This document shows positions 22,551 through 34,389 of a stretch of 64,000 nt of DNA, piece after piece; the first letter of the stretch is position 1; every line of letters begins with the position of its first letter. The notes under the pieces were generated by a model. That model searched no databases and was not told where the DNA came from. It was given only the letters and a program-made list of their open reading frames with translations. The translations under genes were made by a program, and so were the position numbers. Source of the DNA: Myxococcales bacterium (GTDB lineage Bacteria; Myxococcota_A; UBA9160; UBA4427); the NCBI GenBank assembly GCA_014240165.1, contig JAAZXM010000011.1, forward strand, positions 4,305-68,304, read 5' to 3'.

Positions 22551-23672
22551 ATGCGCACGGATCTTTGTGATTGGTTTGGGATCGATGTTCCCATCTTCGC
22601 CTTCACCCATTGCCGGGACGTGGTGGTGGAAGTCAGCAAGGCCGGCGGTTTTGGCGTTTTGGGTGCGGTGGGCTTCACCGTGGATCAACTCGAAACCGAA
22701 CTCCAGTGGATCGATGAACGGATCGAGGGCCGACCCTACGGGGTGGACACCGTAATCCCTGGGAAATACGAGGGCATGGGGGAAACCGATCCGGCGAAAC
22801 TCGAAGCCCAACTCCGCGCCTCGATTCCCCAGGGCCACCGCGATTTCGCCGCCCGACTCCTGGACGAAGCGGGCGTTCCCGAACTGCCCCAGGAGGAGCA
22901 ATCGGACCGACTCCTGGGCTGGACCCTCGCCACGGCGCTGCCCCAGATCGAATGCGCCCTCTCCCACGACGGCGTCAAACTCATCGCCAACGCCCTGGGC
23001 ACACCGCCCCCGGACGTCATCCAGTCCATCCACGGAACCGGCCGAAAAGTCGCCGCGCTCTGCGGCAGCGCCTACCAGGCGCTCAAGCATAAGGAAGCCG
23101 GGGTCGACATCATCATCGCCCAGGGCCATGAGGGCGGCGGCCATACGGGCGAGATCGGCAGCATCATCCTCTGGCCCGAGGTTGTCGAGGCCATCGCCCC
23201 CACCCCCATGCTCGCCGCCGGCGGAATCGGAACCGGGCCCCAGGTCGCAGCAGCCCTTTCCGTGGGCGCGGCCGGTGTCTGGACGGGATCCATCTGGCTC
23301 GCCGTGAAAGAGGCCATGGGGGCCATCGCCCAGAAGGAATCCTACCTCTCCGCCACGAGCCGGGACACGATCCGCTCTCGCTCGGTCACCGGAAAGCCCG
23401 CGCGTATGCTCCGCAACCGGTGGACCGAAGCCTGGGCGGCCGAGGACAGCCCCGACCCGCTTCCCATGCCGCTCCAGGGCATGGTGACCCTCGACATGGT
23501 TCGCCGAACCCATCAGTATGCGGAGAAAGCCCAGGAGGTCGCGTTCAATCCCGTCGGCCAGATCGTCGGCTCCATGAACCAGATTCTTCCGGCCCGGGAC
23601 GTTCTCTCCGACCTCGTCGATGGGTACTACGACGCCCTCGAACGACTCCAATCCCTATCAGCGGATAGTTGA
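22551..23672 (+). CDS. nitronate monooxygenase (NMO / 2-nitropropane dioxygenase family, FMN)
   Basis: 373 aa. GIDVPIFAFTHCRDVVVEVSKAGGFGVLG and IIAQGHEGGGHTGEIG are typical NMO blocks. Confidence 0.8.
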   Translation: MRTDLCDWFGIDVPIFAFTHCRDVVVEVSKAGGFGVLGAVGFTVDQLETELQWIDERIEGRPYGVDTVIPGKYEGMGETDPAKLEAQLRASIPQGHRDFAARLLDEAGVPELPQEEQSDRLLGWTLATALPQIECALSHDGVKLIANALGTPPPDVIQSIHGTGRKVAALCGSAYQALKHKEAGVDIIIAQGHEGGGHTGEIGSIILWPEVVEAIAPTPMLAAGGIGTGPQVAAALSVGAAGVWTGSIWLAVKEAMGAIAQKESYLSATSRDTIRSRSVTGKPARMLRNRWTEAWAAEDSPDPLPMPLQGMVTLDMVRRTHQYAEKAQEVAFNPVGQIVGSMNQILPARDVLSDLVDGYYDALERLQSLSADS

Positions 23673-23742
23673 TCGCTGACCGGCCAACCGGGAAGACCCA
23701 TTCACCCACCGCTTTGAGCGAGAAAGAATAAGAGGCTGAACC

Positions 23743-24828
23743 ATGCCCACCAATTGGGAAACCGCCGAAATCCTGAAGAACCCCATGGAGATCTGTTGGC
23801 AATTCGACTACGAGATCAGCCGGGAAAAACTCAAGAACCTCTACAGCAAATCCAAGCGCTTGCAGTGGGACGCTGAGCAGGATCTCGACTGGTCCATCGA
23901 GATCGACCCCTCGAAGCCCATCGTCAGCCAGACGCGCAACGGCCTCGATCAGATCCCCCTCTTCGCGAATCTCTCCCAGAGCCAGCGTGAAACCTTCGTC
24001 GCCCATTCCACGGCCCACCAACTCTCGCAATTCCTGCACGGCGAGCAGGGCGCCCTGATGACCGCCGCCGCCCTGACCCACGCCGCCCCGGATTACGAAG
24101 GAAAACTCTACGCCGCGACCCAGACCATGGATGAAGCACGCCACGTGGAGGCCTACGACAGCTATATCCAGAAACTCGCCATCATCTACCCGATTTCACC
24201 CTGGCTCAAGGGCGTGATCGACGACACCCTCCAGGCGGATCATTGGGTCAAGATCGCTATCGGGATGAATATGGTGGTGGAGGGCCTGGCCCTCGGCGCA
24301 TTTCACAATATGCGCCGCTCGACCACCTGTCCGCTGCTGCGCAAGCTCACCGAATTGGTGCTGCGGGATGAATCGCGGCACGTCGCCTTCGGCAACCTCT
24401 ACGTGCGGGAAACCGTGGAGGATATGCACGCGGACGACCGGGAGGATATCGCCCAATTTGCCTTCGACGTGATCCAAACCATCGCCAACGCCATCGGGGG
24501 CGTGGACGGGACGGGGCCCCGGCAACCCGATCCCGGCTTCTTGAAGGTCCTCGACCAGGTGGGGATCGACCATCAGGACTTCATCCGCGCCATCGTCGAG
24601 GCCGGAGCCTCGGGCATGAAAGCCGAAGTCCCGGCCGGCCAGGTCCATTCCTTCAAAGATCTCATGATGCCCGCCCTGGTCCGCGTTGGTGCGGTCACCG
24701 ATCGCACGCGCGCACTCTTCGACGAGGCAGGGATCCCGGTCTGGGATGATCTCAGCGTAATCGAATCCATGGAGGACTCGAGTTCGGGCGACCTTTCCGG
24801 CGACCCCGACTCACCCGCCGCCGCCTAG
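23743..24828 (+). CDS. ferritin-like diiron-carboxylate protein (oxygenase/desaturase-like)
   Basis: 361 aa. The ligand pattern is E...ExxH...E...ExxH: HGEQGA, MDEARHVEAY, VVEGLALG and RDESRHVAFG. Confidence 0.6.
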   Translation: MPTNWETAEILKNPMEICWQFDYEISREKLKNLYSKSKRLQWDAEQDLDWSIEIDPSKPIVSQTRNGLDQIPLFANLSQSQRETFVAHSTAHQLSQFLHGEQGALMTAAALTHAAPDYEGKLYAATQTMDEARHVEAYDSYIQKLAIIYPISPWLKGVIDDTLQADHWVKIAIGMNMVVEGLALGAFHNMRRSTTCPLLRKLTELVLRDESRHVAFGNLYVRETVEDMHADDREDIAQFAFDVIQTIANAIGGVDGTGPRQPDPGFLKVLDQVGIDHQDFIRAIVEAGASGMKAEVPAGQVHSFKDLMMPALVRVGAVTDRTRALFDEAGIPVWDDLSVIESMEDSSSGDLSGDPDSPAAA

Positions 24829-24878
24829 TACGCCTTTGCGGTATCGGTGAGCGCGCCCCGCCCTGGGCGGAAGCGCGC

Positions 24879-26555
<1,677 letters not shown>

Positions 26556-26678
26556 TGCTGGTGATCCTCCTCGGGGCGGGAGTGTATCGGGGCCGGGCGA
26601 AATCGCGAACGCCCACCGGCAAGGGGGATCACGCTAGACTTCGGCCTCCTCCCCATCGGTGACCGTGTATCCAAACCC

Positions 26679-28208
26679 ATGCGACTCCATTTTCTTCTCC
26701 TCGTTCCCCTCGTTCCCCTCGTACTGGCGGGTTGTGCCCAGGGCCCCGCCGATGGGGTCTGCATTCTGGTCAACGGCGAGAGCCCGGTTTCAGTGGCGAT
26801 TGGCGAGGCGTACGCCAAGGCCCGCGGCGTCTCCCGGGATCGCATCGTTCAGCTGGCGATCCCCCTCGCGGATCCATCCCTGGGCGATGACCGCCACGAA
26901 TCCATCGATCGCGAGTCCTTCGAGCGCCTGATCCGGAAGCCCCTGGAGCGCATCTTCCAGGAGCGCGGCTGGGTGGACGCCGTGGAGATCATCGTCACCA
27001 CCAAGGGCATCCCCCTTCGCGTGGAGGGACCCGCCGTCCCCACACGCTACCTGCTCCGGGAGGACACATCCGCCTCGGTGGACGCCGAACTCTCCCTGCT
27101 CTTCTCGCCCCTGATCGGAAGCCCGGGCATCGGCAACAGCGCGAACCCCTATTTCGCCAAGAACCTCGGCTTCCGGGAATTTCGCGCCCGGCACCCCCAG
27201 GCCGCCCTGCGCTATATGGTGGCCCGGCTCACGGGCTACCAGACACCCGCGGAACCCGGCGGCGTGCTACCCCGGGATGTCGCGCGCCTGATCGAACGCG
27301 CCCGAGCGAAACAGGACAAGCGGGCGCTCTGGCTCGGCGACCTCGACCCCGACCTGCCCGGTTCCCTGGAAATCGCCAACCAGGTTCTCCTATCCGGAAC
27401 CATCGGCAGCCTGGAGAACCTCGGCGTGCGTCTGGTGGCCGACACCGAACCCGCCTTCGCGGGCAACCTCGAGGCGATCCAGGGCTATGCCTCTTGGGGA
27501 AGCAACGCCAGCCGCGAGCCCATCCCCGGCGCCTACGGCGAGAGCAAGGGAAAATTGTACCCGGGAAGCTTCGCACCCCGCGCCCTGGCGACGGATCTCG
27601 TCAGCACCAACGCCCGAAGTTTCACCGCGCCGCCGAGCTACGGACAATCCCTGGTGGCTGACCTCGTGGCCCTGGGCGTGGCGGGCGCCACCGGCCATGT
27701 GGGCGAGCCGACCCTGCCCGGAGTCGCCCGACCGCAAATCCTTTTGAGTCGTTACGCCCAGGGAACCCGGGCCATCGAGGCCTACTACAGTGCGATCCCC
27801 TACCTCGGCTGGATGAACGTCTACGTGGGCGATCCACTCATGCGCCTCGAGCCCATGGAAAACCTGCAAAGCAGCATGGACTTCGACGGCGACGGCCAAC
27901 TCGACTGGCGTGATAATTGCCGCTTGATCCCCAACCCGCGCCAGCGCGATACGGATGGCGATGGATACGGAAATATCTGCGACGCCGACGTGGACTCCGA
28001 CGGCCGAGTGACGACCTCCTGGGGCGAGAGCTTTCCGCGCAGCCTGCGCGGCGACGTGGAAGCCATCGCGCTCACCGCCCGAGACGGGGGCTACCGCCCG
28101 GATCACGATCTCGACGGCGACAACGAGGTCAGCGAGCGAGATGTCTCCATCGCCCAGATCCTGCTCTTCATGCCTCCCGGGCCCGGCGCCTCCCGGCGTT
28201 CGCCCTGA
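26679..28208 (+). CDS. lipoprotein, TIGR03790-like N-terminal region with C-terminal thrombospondin-type-3/dockerin-like Ca-binding repeats
   Basis: 509 aa. Lipobox LVLAGC. IIVTTKGIPLRVEG resembles the TIGR03790 family. The C-terminus has DFDGDGQLDWRDNC...DTDGDGYGNICDADVDSDG...DHDLDGDNEV. Confidence 0.55.
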   Translation: MRLHFLLLVPLVPLVLAGCAQGPADGVCILVNGESPVSVAIGEAYAKARGVSRDRIVQLAIPLADPSLGDDRHESIDRESFERLIRKPLERIFQERGWVDAVEIIVTTKGIPLRVEGPAVPTRYLLREDTSASVDAELSLLFSPLIGSPGIGNSANPYFAKNLGFREFRARHPQAALRYMVARLTGYQTPAEPGGVLPRDVARLIERARAKQDKRALWLGDLDPDLPGSLEIANQVLLSGTIGSLENLGVRLVADTEPAFAGNLEAIQGYASWGSNASREPIPGAYGESKGKLYPGSFAPRALATDLVSTNARSFTAPPSYGQSLVADLVALGVAGATGHVGEPTLPGVARPQILLSRYAQGTRAIEAYYSAIPYLGWMNVYVGDPLMRLEPMENLQSSMDFDGDGQLDWRDNCRLIPNPRQRDTDGDGYGNICDADVDSDGRVTTSWGESFPRSLRGDVEAIALTARDGGYRPDHDLDGDNEVSERDVSIAQILLFMPPGPGASRRSP

Positions 28209-28224
28209 AATCCGGCGCGCCCCC

Positions 28225-29109
28225 CTAGCCCTTCTCCGGGGGTTCGAGCAAAGCGATCAAGCTCGAAGTATCCCAGCGTGAGCCGCCCCGAGCTTGGATC
28301 TCCGCATAGAGCGCATCCACCGCCGAGGTCACGGAAAGCGTCGCCCCGCAGCGCTCGGCCTCTTCCAGGGCGATGCCCAGGTCTTTTCTCATCCAGTCCA
28401 CCGCGAAGCCAAAATCAAATTCGCCGCGCAACATGGTCGAGGCGCGATTGTCCATCTGCCAGGATTGGGCCGCGCCATGGGCGATCACGTCCACCACCCG
28501 CTCGGCATCGAGACCACTGCGCTTGGCAAAGTGGAGCCCCTCGGCCAACGCCTGCACCAGCCCCGCAATGCAGATCTGGTTGACCATCTTGCTGAGTTGA
28601 CCCGAGCCCGCTGGCCCCATGAGCAAATGCTTCTTCGCATAGGCATCCAGCAAAGGGGACGCGCGCACGTACACCGACTCCTCACCCCCGACCATGATCG
28701 TCAATTCGCCGCGCTCGGCCCCCACCTGGCCTCCCGAAATGGGCGCATCGAGCCAGCCGAGGCCTCGACTCTCCGCCTCGGCGGCGAGTTCTCGGGCCAA
28801 TGATGCCGAGACCGTGGTGTGATCGACGAAGATGCTGCCCTCGCCCATCGCCTCGAAGGCGCCCTGCCCCGCCCGTGTGATCTCGCGTAGATCGGCATCG
28901 CGGCCGGTACAGGCCATGACGAAATCCGCCCCCGCCGCCGCCTCGGCGGGTGTCTCGAAGGCGCGACCGCCCGTATCCCCATAACGCGCCAGCCATTGCT
29001 CGCGCGGGCCCGCGCTTCGGTTGTAGACCCGCACAGCGTGACCGGCCCGGGCCAGGTGGCCCGCCATGGGGGCACCCATGACGCCCAGACAAAGAAAGGC
29101 AATTTGCAT
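28225..29109 (-). CDS. NAD(P)-dependent 3-hydroxyisobutyrate/6-phosphogluconate dehydrogenase-family oxidoreductase
   Basis: 294 aa. N-terminus MQIAFLCLGVMGAPMAGHLARAGHAVRVYNRS. Overall HIBADH-like pattern. Confidence 0.8.
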   Translation of the reverse strand: MQIAFLCLGVMGAPMAGHLARAGHAVRVYNRSAGPREQWLARYGDTGGRAFETPAEAAAGADFVMACTGRDADLREITRAGQGAFEAMGEGSIFVDHTTVSASLARELAAEAESRGLGWLDAPISGGQVGAERGELTIMVGGEESVYVRASPLLDAYAKKHLLMGPAGSGQLSKMVNQICIAGLVQALAEGLHFAKRSGLDAERVVDVIAHGAAQSWQMDNRASTMLRGEFDFGFAVDWMRKDLGIALEEAERCGATLSVTSAVDALYAEIQARGGSRWDTSSLIALLEPPEKG

Positions 29110-29153
29110 CGGCTTCTCCTCGATGACCCGTTCGGGGATTCGCGAGCCTGGGC

Positions 29154-32100
29154 TCAGGGAACCGCCACGGCTCCGCCCACCGGCGACTGGGCGCTCTTCT
29201 CCGCCGGGTCGTCCTGGGGCATCCCATCCCGGTAGACCACGGCGTGTTGCCGCGAAGCGGGCACCTTGGGGCCGGGCGTCAGGATCCCCACCAGGTTCAA
29301 CGGGTCGCTGGCCGCGACCCGCACCACTTCGCCCGCAGGCGCCTTGCGTCGAACCGCCCGAAGGGATTCAACGGCCTCGGGCAATGCGAATTGCTCGCCT
29401 GAAAAACCGGCGACGAAACGGCCACCCCGCACCACCCCCCGCGCTTCGAGACGACGAAAGGCCCAGACGATCTCGCGCCAGGGAACCGCGAGATTTTCCC
29501 GAACCATCAAATCGCGAAATACCACACCCCAGCGTGCCAGAAGTTGCTCGGCCAGGGCCTCGGCCAGACGATCGGGTTCCTCCACCGGGCGCGCATGGGG
29601 AAAGAGCGACCAGCGACCCTCGGCGGCGCCATCCGGCCCCTCCCGCAAACCCCGACGAAGCCCTCGCTTCGCGCGTTGGCGGGCCCGGCTCCGCGCCCAG
29701 CGCTCCCGGGCCCCGAGCAGCGAGCGCACCGCCTGAAAACCATCGGCGCTGACCCGGCCGTGGGCGACCAGGGCCCAGAGCCCTTCCTCCACCTCCACGG
29801 GCAGACGCGAAAGCCCGCTCACCAATTCGGCCTGAAAAAGCGCTCCGCTTTCACGCAGGGCCCCGAGAACATCCGCCGCTGCCCCCACCGTGGGATCAAC
29901 GCTTTCGCTGACTCCGCGATGGGCTTGAAGGAGCCAGGGCAAATCCGCGCGCAGAACAAAAGCCAAGGGCGTCGCCCGAGACGGAACCGCCTTGAGGCGA
30001 ACCTCGCTGCCGGGCTCCTCCGACGCCGAAGCGGACGAAGCAGAGGAACCGGGCGAGAGCCGCCCCCAACTGACCTCGCCCGAAAGGCAGGCCGAGTCGA
30101 GCCAATCCGGCCGATAGCCCTGGATGCGGGCCGCCAGAACACCCTCTTCCCAGGCCCCCGCCGCCAACTCGAAACCCTGGAGCTGCTCGATCACCTGGGC
30201 CACCCCCCGGCGGCCTTCGCACTGCGAACCGGGGGCCACGTGTTGCCAGCGAAGCAGGAAGCGAATGAAGACGTTGGCCGGGACCGGCTCGATCTCGCCG
30301 CGAAGGCGGTCCCGGGTGTAGCGGTGGATCCGTTCGAGCAGGCGACGCGCGCAGAACTGCACTTCCTCGGCCTGGTCGGGGGCCCGCTGCTCGAAGTCCC
30401 CCTGCAACGCGAAGCCTTCGGCCTCGAGATCCGCCAGGGCCAATTCCACATCGGAAACCGCCAGCGCCGAAACCGCCGCCAGGGAGCCCGCCGTGGCTGG
30501 CCCCGCCCGGTCGAGATGCCCCCGGACCAGTTCACGCAGCGCGGCCTGACGCTCGGGCGCAGGCTCGGCCGCCAATGCCGGAGGCAGCGCAGCCTCAGGC
30601 CGAAACTCCGCACCCGAATGGATCGTCTCCGCCGCTTTTCTCCGCTCGGTGGCACACCAGAGTGCGCCCGTGGGCAACCCCAGTTCGAAGGCCCGGCCCC
30701 CCGCTACGAGAACATCGAAATGCTTTCGCCAGGCCGGCTCGGGCGGGCAGAGCACGAAGGCCAAAAGGTGGTCGTGCAATTCATCGGCGCTGCGCGGATC
30801 CGGGCGCTCCTCGGCCCGAACGCGCGCGATCGCCTCGGGGTCGAGCGCAGCCAATTCCCGCGCATCCACCGGAAGCCCCCGGCGCAGGGCCACGGCACGG
30901 GTGCGGCGTTCCTCCAACGGGGCGTCGTCGAGAAAGGTAAAGGGGCGCCCGTTCAAGATTTCATGGGCCAGGGGCGAGGGCTCGTGGGTATCGACGAAGC
31001 GCGTCCGAACCGTGCCCTGCTCGAACCCCCGCACCAGGGCCTCGAGACCGCGAACATCCATGCCCTCATGAAGGCAATCGTGCATGGTCTGTGCCACGAG
31101 CGGATGATCCGGAATTTCGATGGGGAAGCTGACGTTCTCCTGGCAGGCCGCCTGGTTGGGAAAGACCGCCGCCAGCAGATCATCGGATTCCATCCGCTGA
31201 ATCGGCGGCGGGTTGCGGCGCCCCCCCTTGAAGCGAAGCACCGCCAGGGAGCGGTTCAAATTCCAGCGCCAACGCGCGGTGAACATGGGCGACCCCAATG
31301 CCGCCTGGGCGAGGGTCTCCTCGACCTGCTTCGAGTTGAGAAAACGCGGAACCGAATCCAGCGGAAAACTATGATGCGGCCCCAGGGAGAGCACCATGGC
31401 ATCGTCGTTGGCCGCTGCCTGCAATTCGAAGTTGAAGCTGCGGCAAAATTTCTTGCGCAGGGAAAGACAGAGCGCGCGATTGATCCGGCCACCCAGAGGC
31501 GAGTGAATGACCAACTGCATTCCCCCGGCCTCGTCGAAGAAGCGCTCGAAAACGAGTTCATTCGTAGTGGGCAACGCGCCCAGGGCCGTGAGCGATGTGC
31601 CCAGATAAGCCACCACTTGATCGGCCACGACCCGCTCGGCCCCTTCCTCGAGCAACCCCGCGCGGGCGGCCTCCGCCCCCCCGGCCCCGATGCGGTCGGC
31701 GATTTCGGCGCGCAGCCGCGACACCTCGTCCGAGAGCTCGGCGCTCCGCGCCGGCGCCTCGCCCTGCCAGAAGGGGATCGTCGGCGGCGCCCCTCCGGCG
31801 TCCGCCACGCGCATGATGCCCGACTCCACCTTGAGCACCTGCCAGGACGTGCTCCCCAACAGGAAGACGTCGCCCCGCATGCTCTCCACCGCGAAGTCCT
31901 CGGAGACGCTGCCCACCACGGCGTCATCCGGCGCGGCCAGCACCCGATAATCCGCCACCTCGGGAATCGCGCCGCCGGAGGTCAGCGCCGCCAAGCGCGC
32001 GCCCCGGCGACCGCGCAGCACGCCGGCCACCCGATCCCGGTGCAAGTAGGCGCCTCGGCGTCCCCGGCCCGTGGGAATGCCCTCGGCCAGGAAATCGACG

Positions 32101-33560
32101 ACTTCATCGAACGTCGCGCGGTCGAGTCCCGAGAAAGGCGCCGCTCCGCGCATCAGGACGAAGAGCTCGTCCTCTTTCCATTCGTCCGCCGCGCAGGCGG
32201 CGACGATCTGTTGGGCCAGAATATCCAGAGGCGCCTCGGGCGGCATGATGGCATCCAGGCGCCCAGCCCGAACACCGCGCACCAGAGCGACGCATTCCAC
32301 CAACTCGTCCCGCGTCGTGGGATAGATGCGCCCCTTGGGCGTGCCGCCCCGGGAATGACCCGAGCGCCCCACCCGCTGAAGAAACGTGGATAGACCCCGG
32401 GGCGAGCCCACCTGGCAAACCAACTCCACCGGACCGATATCGATGCCCAATTCCAGGGACGCCGTCGCCACCAGGGCGCGCAATTCTCCCGCGCGAAGCT
32501 GCGCCTCCACCCGGTGTCGCCGGTCCTTGGACAGGCTTCCGTGATGGGCCGCCACCGCGCCCTCGCCCAGGCGCTCGGCCAATTCGTGGGCCAGGCGCTC
32601 GGCCATGCGCCGGGTATTGACGAAGACCAGGGTGGTCCGGTGGGCCTCGACGTGACGGGCAATCTGGTCGAGCACGTCGCCCATCTGGTCCGCCGAGGCC
32701 ACCGCCTCGAGATCCTGGGCGGGCAATTCGATGGCCAGGTCGAGATCGCGGCGATGCCCGACGTCCACCACCTTGCAAAGCGGGCGCCCTTCCTCGTCGC
32801 TGCGGCCTTCCCCGGCACCCACCAGGAGCCGCGCCAGGGTCTCAATCGGGCGCTGGGTCGCCGAAAGCCCGATTCGAGCGGGGCGCTGGGGGCAGAGGGC
32901 GTCCAGGCGTTCGAGGCTGAGGGTCAGGTGCGAGCCCCGCTTGTCCCGGGCCACGGCGTGAATCTCGTCGATGATCACGCTGCGGACGCCCCGCAACAGG
33001 GCGCGGCTGCGCTCGGCGGTGAGCAACAAAAAGAGCGATTCCGGGGTGGTGACCAGGATCTGCGGCGGATGCTTGAGCATGGCGGCCCGGGCCGAAGCCG
33101 GCGTATCGCCGCTGCGCAGGGCCACGCGCAACTCGGGCACCGGATCTCCCCGGCGGCGGGCCGCGTGGGCGATCTGCTCGAGGGGGTCGCGCAGGTTGTG
33201 CTGGATATCCGCCGCGAGCGCCTTGAGGGGCGACACGTAGATGACTTCGATGCCCGGCGGCGGGCTCGGCGCATCAATCTCGGGGCCGGACTCCGCCTCG
33301 CCCCCGAAAAGGGGAAGTCCCGCCTCCCCCTGACTCGCCCGCTCGGCCGCCGCCGCCTTGTAGAAACGATCGATGCAGACCAGGAAAGCCGAAAGCGTCT
33401 TGCCCGAACCCGTGGGCGCGGCGATCAGCGTGTCGTGCCCGGCCGCAATGGCGGGCCAACCGTGCTCCTGAGGAAGCGACGGGCCCTCGGGAAAACGCTC
33501 CTCGAACCACTCCCTCACCGCGGGATGAAAACCCTCGAGTTGCCCGCCCGGGCCGGTCAT
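29154..33560 (-). CDS. lhr: Lhr-type large ATP-dependent DEAD/DEAH helicase
   Basis: 1468 aa. FHPAVREWFEERF...LIAAPTGSGKTLSAF, DEIH and the size and architecture are typical of Lhr. Confidence 0.85.
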   Translation of the reverse strand: MTGPGGQLEGFHPAVREWFEERFPEGPSLPQEHGWPAIAAGHDTLIAAPTGSGKTLSAFLVCIDRFYKAAAAERASQGEAGLPLFGGEAESGPEIDAPSPPPGIEVIYVSPLKALAADIQHNLRDPLEQIAHAARRRGDPVPELRVALRSGDTPASARAAMLKHPPQILVTTPESLFLLLTAERSRALLRGVRSVIIDEIHAVARDKRGSHLTLSLERLDALCPQRPARIGLSATQRPIETLARLLVGAGEGRSDEEGRPLCKVVDVGHRRDLDLAIELPAQDLEAVASADQMGDVLDQIARHVEAHRTTLVFVNTRRMAERLAHELAERLGEGAVAAHHGSLSKDRRHRVEAQLRAGELRALVATASLELGIDIGPVELVCQVGSPRGLSTFLQRVGRSGHSRGGTPKGRIYPTTRDELVECVALVRGVRAGRLDAIMPPEAPLDILAQQIVAACAADEWKEDELFVLMRGAAPFSGLDRATFDEVVDFLAEGIPTGRGRRGAYLHRDRVAGVLRGRRGARLAALTSGGAIPEVADYRVLAAPDDAVVGSVSEDFAVESMRGDVFLLGSTSWQVLKVESGIMRVADAGGAPPTIPFWQGEAPARSAELSDEVSRLRAEIADRIGAGGAEAARAGLLEEGAERVVADQVVAYLGTSLTALGALPTTNELVFERFFDEAGGMQLVIHSPLGGRINRALCLSLRKKFCRSFNFELQAAANDDAMVLSLGPHHSFPLDSVPRFLNSKQVEETLAQAALGSPMFTARWRWNLNRSLAVLRFKGGRRNPPPIQRMESDDLLAAVFPNQAACQENVSFPIEIPDHPLVAQTMHDCLHEGMDVRGLEALVRGFEQGTVRTRFVDTHEPSPLAHEILNGRPFTFLDDAPLEERRTRAVALRRGLPVDARELAALDPEAIARVRAEERPDPRSADELHDHLLAFVLCPPEPAWRKHFDVLVAGGRAFELGLPTGALWCATERRKAAETIHSGAEFRPEAALPPALAAEPAPERQAALRELVRGHLDRAGPATAGSLAAVSALAVSDVELALADLEAEGFALQGDFEQRAPDQAEEVQFCARRLLERIHRYTRDRLRGEIEPVPANVFIRFLLRWQHVAPGSQCEGRRGVAQVIEQLQGFELAAGAWEEGVLAARIQGYRPDWLDSACLSGEVSWGRLSPGSSASSASASEEPGSEVRLKAVPSRATPLAFVLRADLPWLLQAHRGVSESVDPTVGAAADVLGALRESGALFQAELVSGLSRLPVEVEEGLWALVAHGRVSADGFQAVRSLLGARERWARSRARQRAKRGLRRGLREGPDGAAEGRWSLFPHARPVEEPDRLAEALAEQLLARWGVVFRDLMVRENLAVPWREIVWAFRRLEARGVVRGGRFVAGFSGEQFALPEAVESLRAVRRKAPAGEVVRVAASDPLNLVGILTPGPKVPASRQHAVVYRDGMPQDDPAEKSAQSPVGGAVAVP

Positions 33561-33678
33561 CGAGCCTGTCGTCGCTTCATGGAGAGGACTCTCGCTGCGT
33601 CGTGCCGCTCGGCACAGTAGCAGCCGGCCGGGCGATCGGCGAAGCTAAAGCGAAACCCGAACGTCGGAGATCAGTTCA

Positions 33679-34389
33679 TTGGAGATCGTGCTCGTCCGCC
33701 ACGCCCAGCCGGATTGGGAACCCGATGACCGCGCGGTGGATGATCCGGGGCTGACACCCCTCGGTCAGCAGCAGGCCGAATCCGTGGCCAAGCACCTGGC
33801 CGAAGAGGACTTCGACGCGATCTACCTCAGCCCCCTGCGCCGGGTGGTGGAGACCGCGGCGCCCTTCCTGGAAGCCCGGGCGGAAAAAGGCGAACACTGC
33901 GATTGGCTGCGCGAAACCGGACTGCCCTCGCTCCAGGGACAAACCCGAAGCCAGGTGGAGAAATACTTCAAGAAGGCCCGGTCGCGGGAATTTGGCGATT
34001 GGTGGGATGGCCTGCCCGAAGGCGAACGTTTCCAACACTTCTACGAACGCGTGAGCGGCGGAATCGAGTCCCTGCTGGCCGATGGGCATGCCACGGGCGT
34101 TCACGAAGAGGCGGGCCAACGACTCTGGGACATCGAAAAGCCCGGCCGCCGGCTACTGATCTTTGCTCACGAGGGCACCAACGCGGTGCTGATCTCCCAC
34201 TTACTCGGGGTGGAAGCCGTGCCGTGGGCCAACCTGCGCTTCGCCACGAGTTGGGCCGGAATCAGTCTTCTGCGCACGCTTCCCATCGGCAGCCGCTGGG
34301 TCTGGTCGCTGCATAGCTTCAACCGGATCGATCACCTGGGCGCATTGCAGGCGACCCGCCCCCACTCGGGAGACGCCGGGGACTACTGA
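33679..34389 (+). CDS. histidine phosphatase family protein (phosphoglycerate mutase-like)
   Basis: 236 aa with a TTG start (GGAGA SD 8 nt upstream). IVLVRHAQPDW is the catalytic RHx motif. A later block is FAHEGTNAVLISHLLG. Confidence 0.7.
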   Translation: MEIVLVRHAQPDWEPDDRAVDDPGLTPLGQQQAESVAKHLAEEDFDAIYLSPLRRVVETAAPFLEARAEKGEHCDWLRETGLPSLQGQTRSQVEKYFKKARSREFGDWWDGLPEGERFQHFYERVSGGIESLLADGHATGVHEEAGQRLWDIEKPGRRLLIFAHEGTNAVLISHLLGVEAVPWANLRFATSWAGISLLRTLPIGSRWVWSLHSFNRIDHLGALQATRPHSGDAGDY

